Shown: in pieces, positions 5,680 to 15,256 of the stretch
Numbering within the stretch: the stretch's first letter is position 1
Layout of the letters: each line of letters opens with the position of its first letter
Assembly (NCBI GenBank): GCA_041737385.1
Contig: JBGSRU010000007.1
Location: 5,552 to 69,551, forward strand
Reading direction: 5' to 3'
Source: Candidatus Saccharimonadales bacterium
GTDB lineage: Bacteria; Patescibacteriota; Saccharimonadia; Saccharimonadales; SZUA-47
Length of the DNA stretch: 64,000 bases
Made by a program: the position numbers and the translations under genes
The notes under the pieces: model-generated
Databases searched by the model: none
What the model was told of the DNA's origin: nothing
Seen by the model: the letters and a program-made list of their open reading frames with translations, nothing else

Positions 5680-8232
5680 CTAGTCGGGTTTACTGAATCT
5701 TGTAATCTCTGTTGTCATGTTTTCAATTTGGGTAGTAATCTCCGCAAGTTGCGCTTTCGTTTCGTCTATAAGTTTTTTAGGAGCTTTACTCGTGTAATTT
5801 TTGTTGCTCAGCCGTTTCTGAAGCCCCTCAGCACGTTTTACAACCTCATCACGACTCTTAGCTAGTTTCTGCGCATATCGCTCAGCACGTTCGCGGTCAA
5901 TGTCTAGCCAGCAACGATGCGAAGTGCTGACAAGGTGCAACCCCTTCCCGTCTTCAACTTGGTGAACGCCGTCTATCCGAGCAAGTTGTGAAATAAGCTT
6001 TGCGTGCTCTTGCAAGAACGTCACACCCTTATGGTAAAGGGACGTTTTGTCCAGCTGCATCGCTGAAACAATAGTTCTGGTTTCTACGACAATATTCTTG
6101 ATCTCTTCGAACTCAGTTGCTTTTTTGACGTCGTGCTTCATTATTGATGGCCACTTTTGGGATACCAATAGTGAATCGCCAGTTATGTCTAGTGTTTGCC
6201 AGATGGTTTCCGTCACGAATGGCGCAAACGGATGTGCGAGCTTCAGCACAGACTCTAGCGCATACAGGAGTAAATCGGGGTTAAGCTCTTGTTTGCTTGC
6301 TTCAATATACCAATCAGCAAAATCATCCCACACAAAGTGGTAGAGGGTTTCATACGCTTCACTCATCCGATATTCATCTAAGTGAGAGGAAATAACAGAT
6401 ATAGTATGTTGTAATTTATTCAACATCCAATGATCAGCAGGAGTGACAGGACTCGCCTTTGCTGAATCAGGGCTTTTCTCTTCGAGCATACCTTCAACAA
6501 ATCGTGCGATATTCCATATTTTGTTACAGAAATTTCGTGCAGCAAGTGATTTTGCTGGTGCATAAGCTGAGCTATCGCCCGCGCTTCTTCCAGAAATCAT
6601 CCCCATCCGTAGCGCATCAGATCCAAATTCTTCAATGACGGTGTGTGGGCTTATGACATTTCCTAGCGACTTGCTCATCTTTCGACCATCTTCTGAGCGG
6701 ACCATTCCATGCAAATATATATCCTTGAACGGCACATCACCGGTTATATACAACCCAAGACAAATCATACGCGCACCCCACTGGTAGAGGATGTCTGTGC
6801 CCATTTCCATAAGTGTATTAGGATAGAAATCTTTGAAGTCTTTTCCGTCAGGGAAATCTAGAGTTATAAATGGCCATTGACCACTTGAGAACCACGTATC
6901 AAAAACATCAGGATCTCTTCGGTAGTTTTTACCGTCACGCTCAATCACTTCTTCGGAAACCTGCTCATCAAATATCCAATCATCAGGATCATCGACATTT
7001 TGAAATGCTGGTATTGGGATTCCCCAAGCAATTTGTCTACTTATGTTCCAGTCACGAACGTTTTCAAGGTATGTGATCGTTTGTTCTTTTTTACTTGATG
7101 GATAAAAGGTGATTTTGTTGTCTTTTATGGCTTTTATTGCAGGGCCTGCCAGTTTCTTCATATCAACAAACCACTGTTCGAGAAGCATCGGCTCAATCAC
7201 AGTGCCACATTTGTAGCATGTCCCTACCCTGTTTTGATAGGTCTCGTCGACTTTTGTGAGTAGCCCCTTTTCTTTTAGTGCCGCTACCACTGCCGTGCGT
7301 GCCTCGAGCACAGTCATTCCTTCGAACTGACCGGCTCGGTGGTTCATCGTTCCATCATGGTTGATAACTCTTATTGCTTCGAGGTTATGTCGCTTAGCAA
7401 CTTCCCAGTCATTTTGGTCGTGGGCAGGTGTTATTTTAACGACACCAGTACCAAATGTTTTGTCTACCATGTCATCGGCCAGCACTCTGATCTCGAATGG
7501 TCCGTTTATACCTTCAACTTCTATCACCTTGCCGACGTATTCGCTATAACGCTCATCGTCAGGGTGTACTGCAATGGCCGTATCGCCGAACTTTGTTTCT
7601 GGGCGGGTTGTCGCAAGCTCAAATGGGCCATATTTGAGGTAATACAGCGGGGTGGTCCTGTCGACATGAGCGACTTCAATATCTGCGAATCCAGTTCGGT
7701 GTTCGGTGCAGTAGTTTACGAGTCTTTCACCTCTGTAAATAAGCCCATCGTCCCACATTTTTTTAAAAGTGTTGTAGGCGGTTTTGACGACTTTATCTTC
7801 GAGAGTAAACGTAAACCTACTCCAATCAACACTTGCGCCAAATGAGCGAAGCTGTGACTCAAATACTCCTCGATTATTTTCTACGAATTCCCAAATCTGT
7901 TCATATAACTCTTCTCTGCTGAAATCAAATCGACTTTTACCCTCTTTTGCTAGGTGTTTTTCGTAAACAACCTGTGTTTCGAAGCCTGCATGATCAGCAC
8001 CAGGCAGAAACAGTACATTCTTACCCACTGCCCTGTTATAACGAGCCAGAATATCCATTATTGAGTAGTTTAGCGAATGACCAATATGCAGTGGTGCATT
8101 TGCATTTGGCGGTGGCATTACCATGACAAATGGTACGCCCTTCCCTGTTGGCGCAAAGGCTTCGCTTTTCTCCCAAAGTGCGTAAATATCAGCTTCGTAA
8201 GCGTTTGGTTCGTAGTTTTTGGGTAATTTCAT
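5680..8232 (-). CDS. valS: Valine--tRNA ligase
   Basis: 850 aa. HIGH-type motif PLHIGH, KMSKS motif, editing-domain sequence, C-terminal coiled coil. Confidence 0.95.
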   Translation of the reverse strand: MKLPKNYEPNAYEADIYALWEKSEAFAPTGKGVPFVMVMPPPNANAPLHIGHSLNYSIMDILARYNRAVGKNVLFLPGADHAGFETQVVYEKHLAKEGKSRFDFSREELYEQIWEFVENNRGVFESQLRSFGASVDWSRFTFTLEDKVVKTAYNTFKKMWDDGLIYRGERLVNYCTEHRTGFADIEVAHVDRTTPLYYLKYGPFELATTRPETKFGDTAIAVHPDDERYSEYVGKVIEVEGINGPFEIRVLADDMVDKTFGTGVVKITPAHDQNDWEVAKRHNLEAIRVINHDGTMNHRAGQFEGMTVLEARTAVVAALKEKGLLTKVDETYQNRVGTCYKCGTVIEPMLLEQWFVDMKKLAGPAIKAIKDNKITFYPSSKKEQTITYLENVRDWNISRQIAWGIPIPAFQNVDDPDDWIFDEQVSEEVIERDGKNYRRDPDVFDTWFSSGQWPFITLDFPDGKDFKDFYPNTLMEMGTDILYQWGARMICLGLYITGDVPFKDIYLHGMVRSEDGRKMSKSLGNVISPHTVIEEFGSDALRMGMISGRSAGDSSAYAPAKSLAARNFCNKIWNIARFVEGMLEEKSPDSAKASPVTPADHWMLNKLQHTISVISSHLDEYRMSEAYETLYHFVWDDFADWYIEASKQELNPDLLLYALESVLKLAHPFAPFVTETIWQTLDITGDSLLVSQKWPSIMKHDVKKATEFEEIKNIVVETRTIVSAMQLDKTSLYHKGVTFLQEHAKLISQLARIDGVHQVEDGKGLHLVSTSHRCWLDIDRERAERYAQKLAKSRDEVVKRAEGLQKRLSNKNYTSKAPKKLIDETKAQLAEITTQIENMTTEITRFSKPD

Positions 8233-8538
8233 TCTTATCAGTTTACAGCATATCCCCTACCTCTTAACAGGGTTGAAGGTAAAAATGTTATTATAAGGGT
8301 TATGAGCACTCTTTCACGTGAAACAGACGCGCACTAAAAAGCAGGAAGATCCTACTATCCCCTCCACTGTTTAAAAGAAAGAATTTCACATGAAACCACG
8401 AAAATCCTTTGCTAGCACAATATTTACATAAAGTGTTCGCTTTTTGTTCGAAAGAGCTATCTGGTAGTTAATCAGATACTACTTAGCCACTATTTGTTTG
8501 TAAGTCCAGTATAACGGGGGTGTGCATCATAAGCAATA

Positions 8539-8567
8539 TTGACAAAACGAGTAAAATTTGCTATTAT
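8539..8567 (+). promoter_or_regulatory. Sigma-70-type promoter for ORF 8595
   Basis: TTGACA-17 nt-TATTAT. Confidence 0.6.
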
Positions 8568-8594
8568 ATAATTTATTAACTTATAAAACAAAAA

Positions 8595-9986
8595 ATGCCA
8601 GAAACAACATCATCAGAGCCACAGCAGTCCAGTCCTAGCATCATTGTTGATGGTTCCAATCAGGTGGAACAGTTATTATCAGATTACACTGGAGATCAAG
8701 TTGCAGTATTGCCGCAACCCTCTCAAGTGATCTTAAAAATTGAAGAATTAGCTGGATCCATTGACGAAGAAGGAAGAGAGTTGCCAGCGTTAACCAGCGA
8801 GTCTAAGCTTTCGGGAAGAACAACATCAAAAACCTATAAGAATGAAAGAAATGAATATGTTGGATTTTCGCATACCGTTTTTAATGAACATACTATGCAG
8901 GCATACTTTCAGGGCATCGAGCTATCTGCTGGAGAAGGCTATGGGAGATCAGCATATCTTGAAGCTATTAGATACTCTCTTCAAAAAGGATATGATTTTC
9001 GCTCAGATACAGGGACCACTTCAGCCGAAGCTGTAAAAATGTGGAAATGGCTAGAAGAGCAGGGGATCGCAGTGTCTGTAGATGAGTTTGAGCAGCAAAA
9101 AGACATGGCTGGTCAGGCGATGGAAGACACGTACGACGGATATTACGTCGTGAACGGCAACAATCAGCCAAAGATTGCTAAGCAAGGTGTTATACACACG
9201 TCTGATCAATCGGATAAGACGAACGATCAGTTTCCCGAAAAAAAATTCCAGGATGCGTATGAGAAGCAGCGAGGGCTACTAGAAGCACAGCGACAAAGAC
9301 AAAAACAAAGGGAAGCTGAACACATACAGAAATTACAAGATTTGCCTGTTGATGCCGCACCGCGTGTACGTGGAGTCTACGAAGGAAATTTAGCTATGGT
9401 GCGCAGGGGGATGAGGCTTACTGAAGGAGATCTGGAGTTTATGCGTCCTAGCTCAGCCGATGATGTCGCTTATCGTCTCAGGGTGTATGAAACGCTGCCA
9501 AAGGCTATCAGAGAAGCAGTCCCGAAGGGCACGCCGATTCGGTTTCACGGTAGTCCATTTCCTAGAGCTAGAGACATTATAAAAAGCGGTCAGATCTCTT
9601 CATCGGTAGACAGAGAAGGGATTGAGACCAGTTATGACGTTGGTGGTCAAATATCGGTGACAATGCCAGAAGATATCAGCACAACTGTTCATGATTTTAC
9701 CGGCATATTAGCAATGGAGTGCACGGTTCCGGCCGGATGCATTTTTGTGCTTTCTCCAGCGTCTGAAGCAGATGCTCAATCTGGAAGCAGTCAGTTGATG
9801 GGGAGCGTGTATTTTGATGAACAACCAGAACGGCTGTTGGGGATTATGACGTCACCTGAAAATATACCGACAGTACAGGAGTGGGCAGAAGGAGCTGGAA
9901 TAGACACTTCAAAGGTGCACGAATTTTTCGCCTATGCTGACACGTTACGTACCGTGTATCCTCCGGTTCCAGAAGCAATTACATAG
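8595..9986 (+). CDS. Orphan hypothetical protein (463 aa)
   Basis: Long ORF with coding-like composition. Disordered S/P/Q-rich N-terminus. A possible GNAT-like GEGYGRSAYLEAI segment is a weak call. The C-terminal domain is not recognised. Confidence 0.55.
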   Translation: MPETTSSEPQQSSPSIIVDGSNQVEQLLSDYTGDQVAVLPQPSQVILKIEELAGSIDEEGRELPALTSESKLSGRTTSKTYKNERNEYVGFSHTVFNEHTMQAYFQGIELSAGEGYGRSAYLEAIRYSLQKGYDFRSDTGTTSAEAVKMWKWLEEQGIAVSVDEFEQQKDMAGQAMEDTYDGYYVVNGNNQPKIAKQGVIHTSDQSDKTNDQFPEKKFQDAYEKQRGLLEAQRQRQKQREAEHIQKLQDLPVDAAPRVRGVYEGNLAMVRRGMRLTEGDLEFMRPSSADDVAYRLRVYETLPKAIREAVPKGTPIRFHGSPFPRARDIIKSGQISSSVDREGIETSYDVGGQISVTMPEDISTTVHDFTGILAMECTVPAGCIFVLSPASEADAQSGSSQLMGSVYFDEQPERLLGIMTSPENIPTVQEWAEGAGIDTSKVHEFFAYADTLRTVYPPVPEAIT

Positions 9987-11034
9987 ATAAATTAGGGGCG
10001 ATGTCGAGAGAGTAAGGGTCGGCGGTTGGCTGGTTGAGCATCGCTTTGTAGCAACCAAGTGTCGCAATCATTGCGCCGTTGTCGGTGCAAAGTTTCATGT
10101 CGGTGTATTCGATAGCGATAGGCAATCTGTCTGACAGTTGCCGTCTCAGTTCATGATTAGCGGCCACACCACCAGCAATCACGACTGATGCTGGAGCAAA
10201 CTCCTTGTAAGCTTCAATTGTCTTGTCAACAACTGTTTCTATGGCAATACGCTGGAAGCTTGCTGCGATATCACGCTTTTGGCGCTCTGAGAGCCTGCCA
10301 GGCACTTGATGTGAGGGATAGGTGAAATCTTCCCCAATTTCACGTTGCGCAAGCCGTAGAACGGCTGTTTTAAGGCCTGAGAAGCTAAATTCGTACTTGC
10401 CGTCTAGTTTAGCTTTCGGCAGTGTGTATTTATTGGCGTCACCATGAACGGCCGACTGAGCTACTGACGGCCCACCAGGGTAGGGGAGACCGATTATTTT
10501 AGCGACCTTATCAAACGCTTCACCAATCGCGTCATCACGTTTACGGCCCAATATTTCATAGGTGAAATGATCTGTGAACAAGACCAGCTGTGTGTGGCCG
10601 CCAGAGACAATTAACGCCAGTAGCGGGAATTCAGGTTGCTTAGCGGGAAGGGAATAACCGGCCAGATTGGTTGTCGTCAAAAAGTTAGCGTAGACATGGG
10701 CTTCAACATGATTAATCCCGTAAAGTGGCTTTTGTTTCGTGATTGCAAGCGTTCGTGCGCTCATGACACCGACGAGTAGACTGCCACCCAGTCCAGCGCC
10801 GTACGTCACCGCAATAGCATCAATAGTGTCCCATCCAACAGGGTTAACAGCCGCCTCGATAACCGGTATGATGCTTTCGATATGACTACGTGCAGCTATT
10901 TCAGGCACAACACCACCGTAAACCTTATGTAGATCCATGCTTGAGTACACCGCGTTCGATAACAGTTCATTGCCATCTTTTACGACTGCAGCTGCTGTCT
11001 CGTCACAACTAGTTTCAATACCAAGTACTATCAT
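9979..11034 (-). CDS. tsaD: tRNA N6-adenosine threonylcarbamoyltransferase (Kae1/TsaD family)
   Basis: N-terminus VLGIETSCDETAAAVV, HxxxH metal site (INHVEAHV), ASKHA fold length. Confidence 0.92.
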   Translation of the reverse strand: MIVLGIETSCDETAAAVVKDGNELLSNAVYSSMDLHKVYGGVVPEIAARSHIESIIPVIEAAVNPVGWDTIDAIAVTYGAGLGGSLLVGVMSARTLAITKQKPLYGINHVEAHVYANFLTTTNLAGYSLPAKQPEFPLLALIVSGGHTQLVLFTDHFTYEILGRKRDDAIGEAFDKVAKIIGLPYPGGPSVAQSAVHGDANKYTLPKAKLDGKYEFSFSGLKTAVLRLAQREIGEDFTYPSHQVPGRLSERQKRDIAASFQRIAIETVVDKTIEAYKEFAPASVVIAGGVAANHELRRQLSDRLPIAIEYTDMKLCTDNGAMIATLGCYKAMLNQPTADPYSLDIAPNLSM

Positions 11035-11052
11035 TGTATACTTCTCATATAT

Positions 11053-11727
11053 ATGTTATCATTTGCATTAATTATGTCACAGTCTCTAGATAACTCTGGT
11101 GAGTTTCCTCGCCCAACCGAACAAATGCCTAGTGAAATCATACAGCATCAGTGTGATAGCATTTTTGGTGCAGTTCAAGAGCTATTGGAAATATTAGACT
11201 TCGATCCAGATGAAAACTATACCATTGAAGCAGCACTCTATTTTATCGAAGACGATGACGGAACGTTTGAGTTCATCAGTGCAGCTGATAGCGATCCAAC
11301 TATGAGCTTTGGTGAGGGAGATAAGGTTACCGTAATGATTGTAGGAGTTGATAGCTGCCGCGAGGTAATTGACGACGATTTATATTACGTCAGATTATAT
11401 GAGCCGGTGGCCGTGACAAATGATCATTTAGACCCGAGCACAAATCAAGGTACAGATGAGCTAGTTCCTCGAAGCGGATGGGAAAGATTTAGTGCGGAAG
11501 TTACAAAAGCAAAGTCGCTACTGCTTAGCCAAGAGGCTATAGAGGGAACATATGACAAGGAAACAATCATTCGCTCAGTAGCAGATGGCACCGCAGAAGT
11601 GTTGTTTGATTCAGAGAGAACTCTGATTAGTCCAGCTGTACTGGCTTCTGTAAATGAAAGCTTGCAATCGATGCTTGCAGATGAGAAGCATGGCAGCGAA
11701 ATCGCACAAGCCAGAGCTGCTGTTTAA
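11053..11727 (+). CDS. Acidic hypothetical protein
   Basis: ORF only. The start is uncertain (ATG 11053 or 11074). Confidence 0.45.
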   Translation: MLSFALIMSQSLDNSGEFPRPTEQMPSEIIQHQCDSIFGAVQELLEILDFDPDENYTIEAALYFIEDDDGTFEFISAADSDPTMSFGEGDKVTVMIVGVDSCREVIDDDLYYVRLYEPVAVTNDHLDPSTNQGTDELVPRSGWERFSAEVTKAKSLLLSQEAIEGTYDKETIIRSVADGTAEVLFDSERTLISPAVLASVNESLQSMLADEKHGSEIAQARAAV

Positions 11728-11882
11728 TTTGGATTTTCTACAGTTGGAATAAGCGCGGTAGACGTTGAGTACATCGACGGCGCTGTAACTGTACCGTTCG
11801 ATCGAAGCATGATTAATACATTTGCCGAGATTGCAGCGCTCAAAAAACGCCTTTCTAACAGATAAGGAAGCCATAAGTTGTA

Positions 11883-11911
11883 TTGACAAAAGTGACTATT
11901 TTTGCTATAAT
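11883..11911 (+). promoter_or_regulatory. Perfect-consensus sigma-70 promoter
   Basis: TTGACA-17 nt-TATAAT. Confidence 0.65.
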
Positions 11912-11959
11912 GCATTTGTTAATCAAAAACAAACAAAATAACTCAAGAAAATAAGAATC

Positions 11960-12085
11960 ATGACACAAAAAAATATTCCAATACAGTATGTAGACACCGA
12001 ACCGGTAGTTGTCACTTTTCGCCTCGACTTTGAAGATATCCCAGTTTTTACCACCTCTCCACGTAAAAGCAATAATACAAAATAA
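11960..12085 (+). CDS. Possible 41-aa small protein downstream of the consensus promoter
   Basis: ATG...TAA gives MTQKNIPIQYVDTEPVVVTFRLDFEDIPVFTTSPRKSNNTK. No convincing SD. It may instead be a 5' leader. Confidence 0.25.
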   Translation: MTQKNIPIQYVDTEPVVVTFRLDFEDIPVFTTSPRKSNNTK

Positions 12086-12091
12086 TAAACA

Positions 12092-12120
12092 TTGACAAAA
12101 TGTCAAATCTATGATAAGAT
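12092..12120 (+). promoter_or_regulatory. Sigma-70-type promoter for ORF 12172
   Basis: TTGACA-17 nt-TAAGAT. The -35 element is part of the palindrome TTGACAAAATGTCAA. Confidence 0.55.
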
Positions 12121-12171
12121 GTAGCCATAAGCAACATAAGTTCATAAGTACAAAGGATAAGTAAAAACACC

Positions 12172-13434
12172 ATGTCAGTAGAAGCACCAATAGCACCAAC
12201 AACAGAAGTTACAGATTTAAGATTAGTTCCTACAATGGACACTGTAAATGCTCCATGGGAAGCACCGAAAGCTGGCGACGCAGTTGAAGGCCTTAACGCG
12301 CCTGGCGCACTAGCAACCGAACAAGACGCTACTGATAATAGTGACCGATTCATGGCACGCGTTGCTTACCGTACTGCTGAGATTATGGAAAATATGGGCG
12401 ATAAGTTAGCTGCAAGCCGAACTCCACGTGAAGTACTATCTGATGTTGCCGTTAAAGCGAAGGAAGCAGCTGCTAATAGCGCTGAAAAATCTGGTGAAAC
12501 TTACGCTGCAACTAAGCAAAAGCTTAAAGGTGTAGGCGAGAAAATTACTTCAGGACTTGTCTCTACTAAAGAGAGCGTTGGTAACAAATTATCAAATGGA
12601 AAAGAACGAACTAAAGAATCTATAGCTGAAGCTAAAAAATCAGTTAAAGAGAAAGCTGAAGCAGCAGTAGCAAGTAAAAATGCTCGTAAAGCAAAGCGTG
12701 CTGATAATCGTGAAGCTCGAAAGAATGAACGTGCTAACAACAAGAACGCCAACAAACTCGCTAAAGTAAAAAGCAAGCTTGGCGACACCTCCGATGTGCC
12801 TGAAGATGCAACCGAACAAGACCTTAAAGACCTACTGGAAGCGAAGCAAAAAGAGCTTGCAGAGAAGAAAGTTGCCGACGCTGTGAAAAAAGATGCAGCT
12901 GCAGAGAAGAGAAAAATTCAGCGTAAAGAAGCCCGAACTCAGAGAATCGAAGCTGGCAAAGAACGACTTGTAAATGGTAAAAATCATGCAAAAAGTGTTG
13001 GTAAGTTTGCACTTAAGGGAATGATCGCAGTACCAATTGGCTTGACGGTTGCTGGTGTAGAAGCAGCAAAAGTAGTTGGAAAAACAACTAAACAAGCAGG
13101 ATCTGTAGCAGGAAGGGGCGTCGCTGGAGCTATGCGATCTACTGCTGAAGCCGCTGGGACTGCAGCGACTAAAACCAAAGAATACAGCAGCGCTAAAGTG
13201 CAGAGTGCTGTAGAAAAAGTGAAGGCATCCACAGATATAGCTGTTGGTGAAGTGCAACGCTTACGACTAGCGCGACTTGTGGGCCAGGCCGACAAAGAAG
13301 CAGTGAAGTTTGATAAGATCAATAGAAAAATTGAGAACTTCGATAAGAACAAAGTATATGCTGGAAAAGATGTTGATGAAATCGGTGAGAGGCAAGAAGT
13401 TACGCCGATTGATCAAGTCAATTTCACAGCGTAG
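12172..13434 (+). CDS. Lys/Ala/Glu-rich coiled-coil hypothetical protein with one hydrophobic segment
   Basis: 420-aa ORF of low complexity. The many antisense ORFs are artefacts of this composition. Confidence 0.6.
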   Translation: MSVEAPIAPTTEVTDLRLVPTMDTVNAPWEAPKAGDAVEGLNAPGALATEQDATDNSDRFMARVAYRTAEIMENMGDKLAASRTPREVLSDVAVKAKEAAANSAEKSGETYAATKQKLKGVGEKITSGLVSTKESVGNKLSNGKERTKESIAEAKKSVKEKAEAAVASKNARKAKRADNREARKNERANNKNANKLAKVKSKLGDTSDVPEDATEQDLKDLLEAKQKELAEKKVADAVKKDAAAEKRKIQRKEARTQRIEAGKERLVNGKNHAKSVGKFALKGMIAVPIGLTVAGVEAAKVVGKTTKQAGSVAGRGVAGAMRSTAEAAGTAATKTKEYSSAKVQSAVEKVKASTDIAVGEVQRLRLARLVGQADKEAVKFDKINRKIENFDKNKVYAGKDVDEIGERQEVTPIDQVNFTA

Positions 13435-13475
13435 AATAGATAATTAGAACAAAAAAATAAAAAAGGAAAAATAAA

Positions 13476-13778
13476 ATGTTACAAATCAATAAAGAATTAC
13501 TAGAAGATCTCGGCATCAAGCTACCAGAAGACGAAGCAGAGAGTTTGGTTATCGAACTCATGGAACAGCTCAACGTACGCGTTGGTGCAGAACTAATTGA
13601 CTTACTCGACGATGAGGAAGCTAAAGAGTTAATCCGACTTGAGTCAGAAGGCACACCTGAAGAGTTACAGAAGTTCTTAGACACGAATGTCCCTGACTAC
13701 AAAGATATCGTTCAAGACGAATATGATATCTTGATCGGTGAGCTTGCCGAAGGAACAGACGCCGTTAACAACAGTTAA
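13476..13778 (+). CDS. Small acidic hypothetical protein
   Basis: AAAGGA RBS before the ATG. A 100-aa helical acidic protein. Confidence 0.55.
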   Translation: MLQINKELLEDLGIKLPEDEAESLVIELMEQLNVRVGAELIDLLDDEEAKELIRLESEGTPEELQKFLDTNVPDYKDIVQDEYDILIGELAEGTDAVNNS

Positions 13779-13796
13779 TGTTTAAGTAGTTTGATA

Positions 13797-13827
13797 GAAA
13801 ACACCCGTTTTGTTTACGGGTGTTTTC
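13797..13827 (+). terminator. Rho-independent terminator
   Basis: GAAAACACCCG-TTTTGTTTA-CGGGTGTTTTC. Confidence 0.8.
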
Positions 13828-13861
13828 TATTTATAGTGCCCTCTAGCGTACAATAACAGTC

Positions 13862-15217
13862 ATGAAGAAGCTTATGAAACGACTGGTTCCTATAGGGTTA
13901 TTTAAGGCGTTGATTCCGTATTGGCATTTATCAAAAGCGGTGCTGTATCAGACGAAGGCTTGGTTCCCAGCGCGTAAAATCACCGTGATTGGGGTAACTG
14001 GTACTGATGGCAAGACGACAACCAGTACACTCATCACCAATATGCTCCGACAATCAGGCAAAAAAGTCGCTATGATGACGACGATTTCTGTCGATTACGG
14101 AGACGGAAAAGGAGCGATTCCTAATCCAACGCGTCTGACGACATTTAGTGCTGATCAGCTGGTTTCTGCCCTCAAGCAGATGAAACGTGAAGGCGTCGAA
14201 TTCCTCGTGCTTGAAGTGACCTCACATGCGCTCCACCAACGTCGTGTTTGGGGAGTGCCTTTTAGTGTCGCAGTGTTTACCAATCTTGGGCATGAACACC
14301 TTGATTATCACGGCACATTTGAAAATTACCGCGATGCTAAACGGAGATTATTCAAACTCGCAAACAAAAATCGCAGCGGTAAAAAGGTGGGTATCATCAA
14401 TGCCGATGATGGGACTGCCTCGTTTTTTGCAAGCGATATTGAGCATCCGCTGATGTATGGAACTAAACAGGGGAATCTACTTGCAAAGAACGTGAAACTC
14501 TCTCCAGCCGGCAGTAGGTACACGGCAGTCTTGGGTGATGAGACATATGATATTGAGTGTCATTTGCCGGGAAGTTTTAATATCTATAACAGCCTCGCAG
14601 CGGTTGGGGTAGGGCATACGCTTGGCTTATCAAAGGATGAAATAGAACAAGGCATAGATAGTTTAAAGGAAGTAGAAGGGCGCATGACGAGAGTAGACGA
14701 AGGACAAGATTTTGCAGTAATTGTTGACTATGCGCACACACCAGAAAGTTTTGATAAGTTGTTTGCAGAAGTGAAGCCGCTGGCAACAAATAGACTGATA
14801 GGCGTGTTTGGCTCTGCTGGAAGACGCGACGAAGAAAAGCGGAGCAAGCAAGGTGCTATCGCAGGAAAATGGTGCGATATCGTTATCGTGACTGAAGAAG
14901 ATGATCGAGATATCGATGGTGAAACGATCATGAGACAGATTGTCGCCGGCGCTGAAAGCTCAGGAAAAACACTGAATAAAGACGTGCTGATGGTGCATAA
15001 CCGTGAAGAAGCGGTGCGCATGGCGATCAACGCAGCACGTACAGGCGATCTTGTCATGTTGCTGGGTAAAGGTCACGAGAAATCAATCCTGTATAACGGT
15101 CCACAAGCCAAAGAACTGGCGCATTTACCGCAGGATGACGGTGACGAAAAACGAGTATTGAAGCGCGACTATGATGAAGTGACAGTTGCACGGGCTGCTA
15201 TCAAAAACAAACAATAG
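13862..15217 (+). CDS. murE: Mur-ligase family protein, MurE-like (UDP-MurNAc-tripeptide synthetase)
   Basis: P-loop GVTGTDGKTTT, HEHLDYH, DYAHTPES. Central and C-terminal Mur ligase domains are present. The amino-acid specificity motif is not canonical DNPR. Confidence 0.7.
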   Translation: MKKLMKRLVPIGLFKALIPYWHLSKAVLYQTKAWFPARKITVIGVTGTDGKTTTSTLITNMLRQSGKKVAMMTTISVDYGDGKGAIPNPTRLTTFSADQLVSALKQMKREGVEFLVLEVTSHALHQRRVWGVPFSVAVFTNLGHEHLDYHGTFENYRDAKRRLFKLANKNRSGKKVGIINADDGTASFFASDIEHPLMYGTKQGNLLAKNVKLSPAGSRYTAVLGDETYDIECHLPGSFNIYNSLAAVGVGHTLGLSKDEIEQGIDSLKEVEGRMTRVDEGQDFAVIVDYAHTPESFDKLFAEVKPLATNRLIGVFGSAGRRDEEKRSKQGAIAGKWCDIVIVTEEDDRDIDGETIMRQIVAGAESSGKTLNKDVLMVHNREEAVRMAINAARTGDLVMLLGKGHEKSILYNGPQAKELAHLPQDDGDEKRVLKRDYDEVTVARAAIKNKQ

Positions 15218-15256
15218 CCCCCAGCATACTACTGGAGGCACATTTCCTAGAGCTGG

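Noticed and set aside
5680-8594. T-box leader for valS (and for the argH-argG-argS operon at 36073-36263)
   Set aside because: No T-box consensus (GGTGGTACCGCG or its complement) and no specifier-loop architecture could be found in either leader.
8595-9986. ADP-ribosyltransferase-like R-S-E triad (RFHGS...SSS...EGIE) in the C-terminus of orphan 8595
   Set aside because: The spacing and the ExE motif do not fit known ART signatures well enough. The pattern could easily arise by chance, so it is not reported as a call.
12501-13352. Several 95-141-aa antisense ORFs inside gene 12172-13434
   Set aside because: They are produced by the Lys/Ala/Glu-rich low-complexity coding strand (GCN/AAR codons read in reverse). 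None has an RBS or independent signal.
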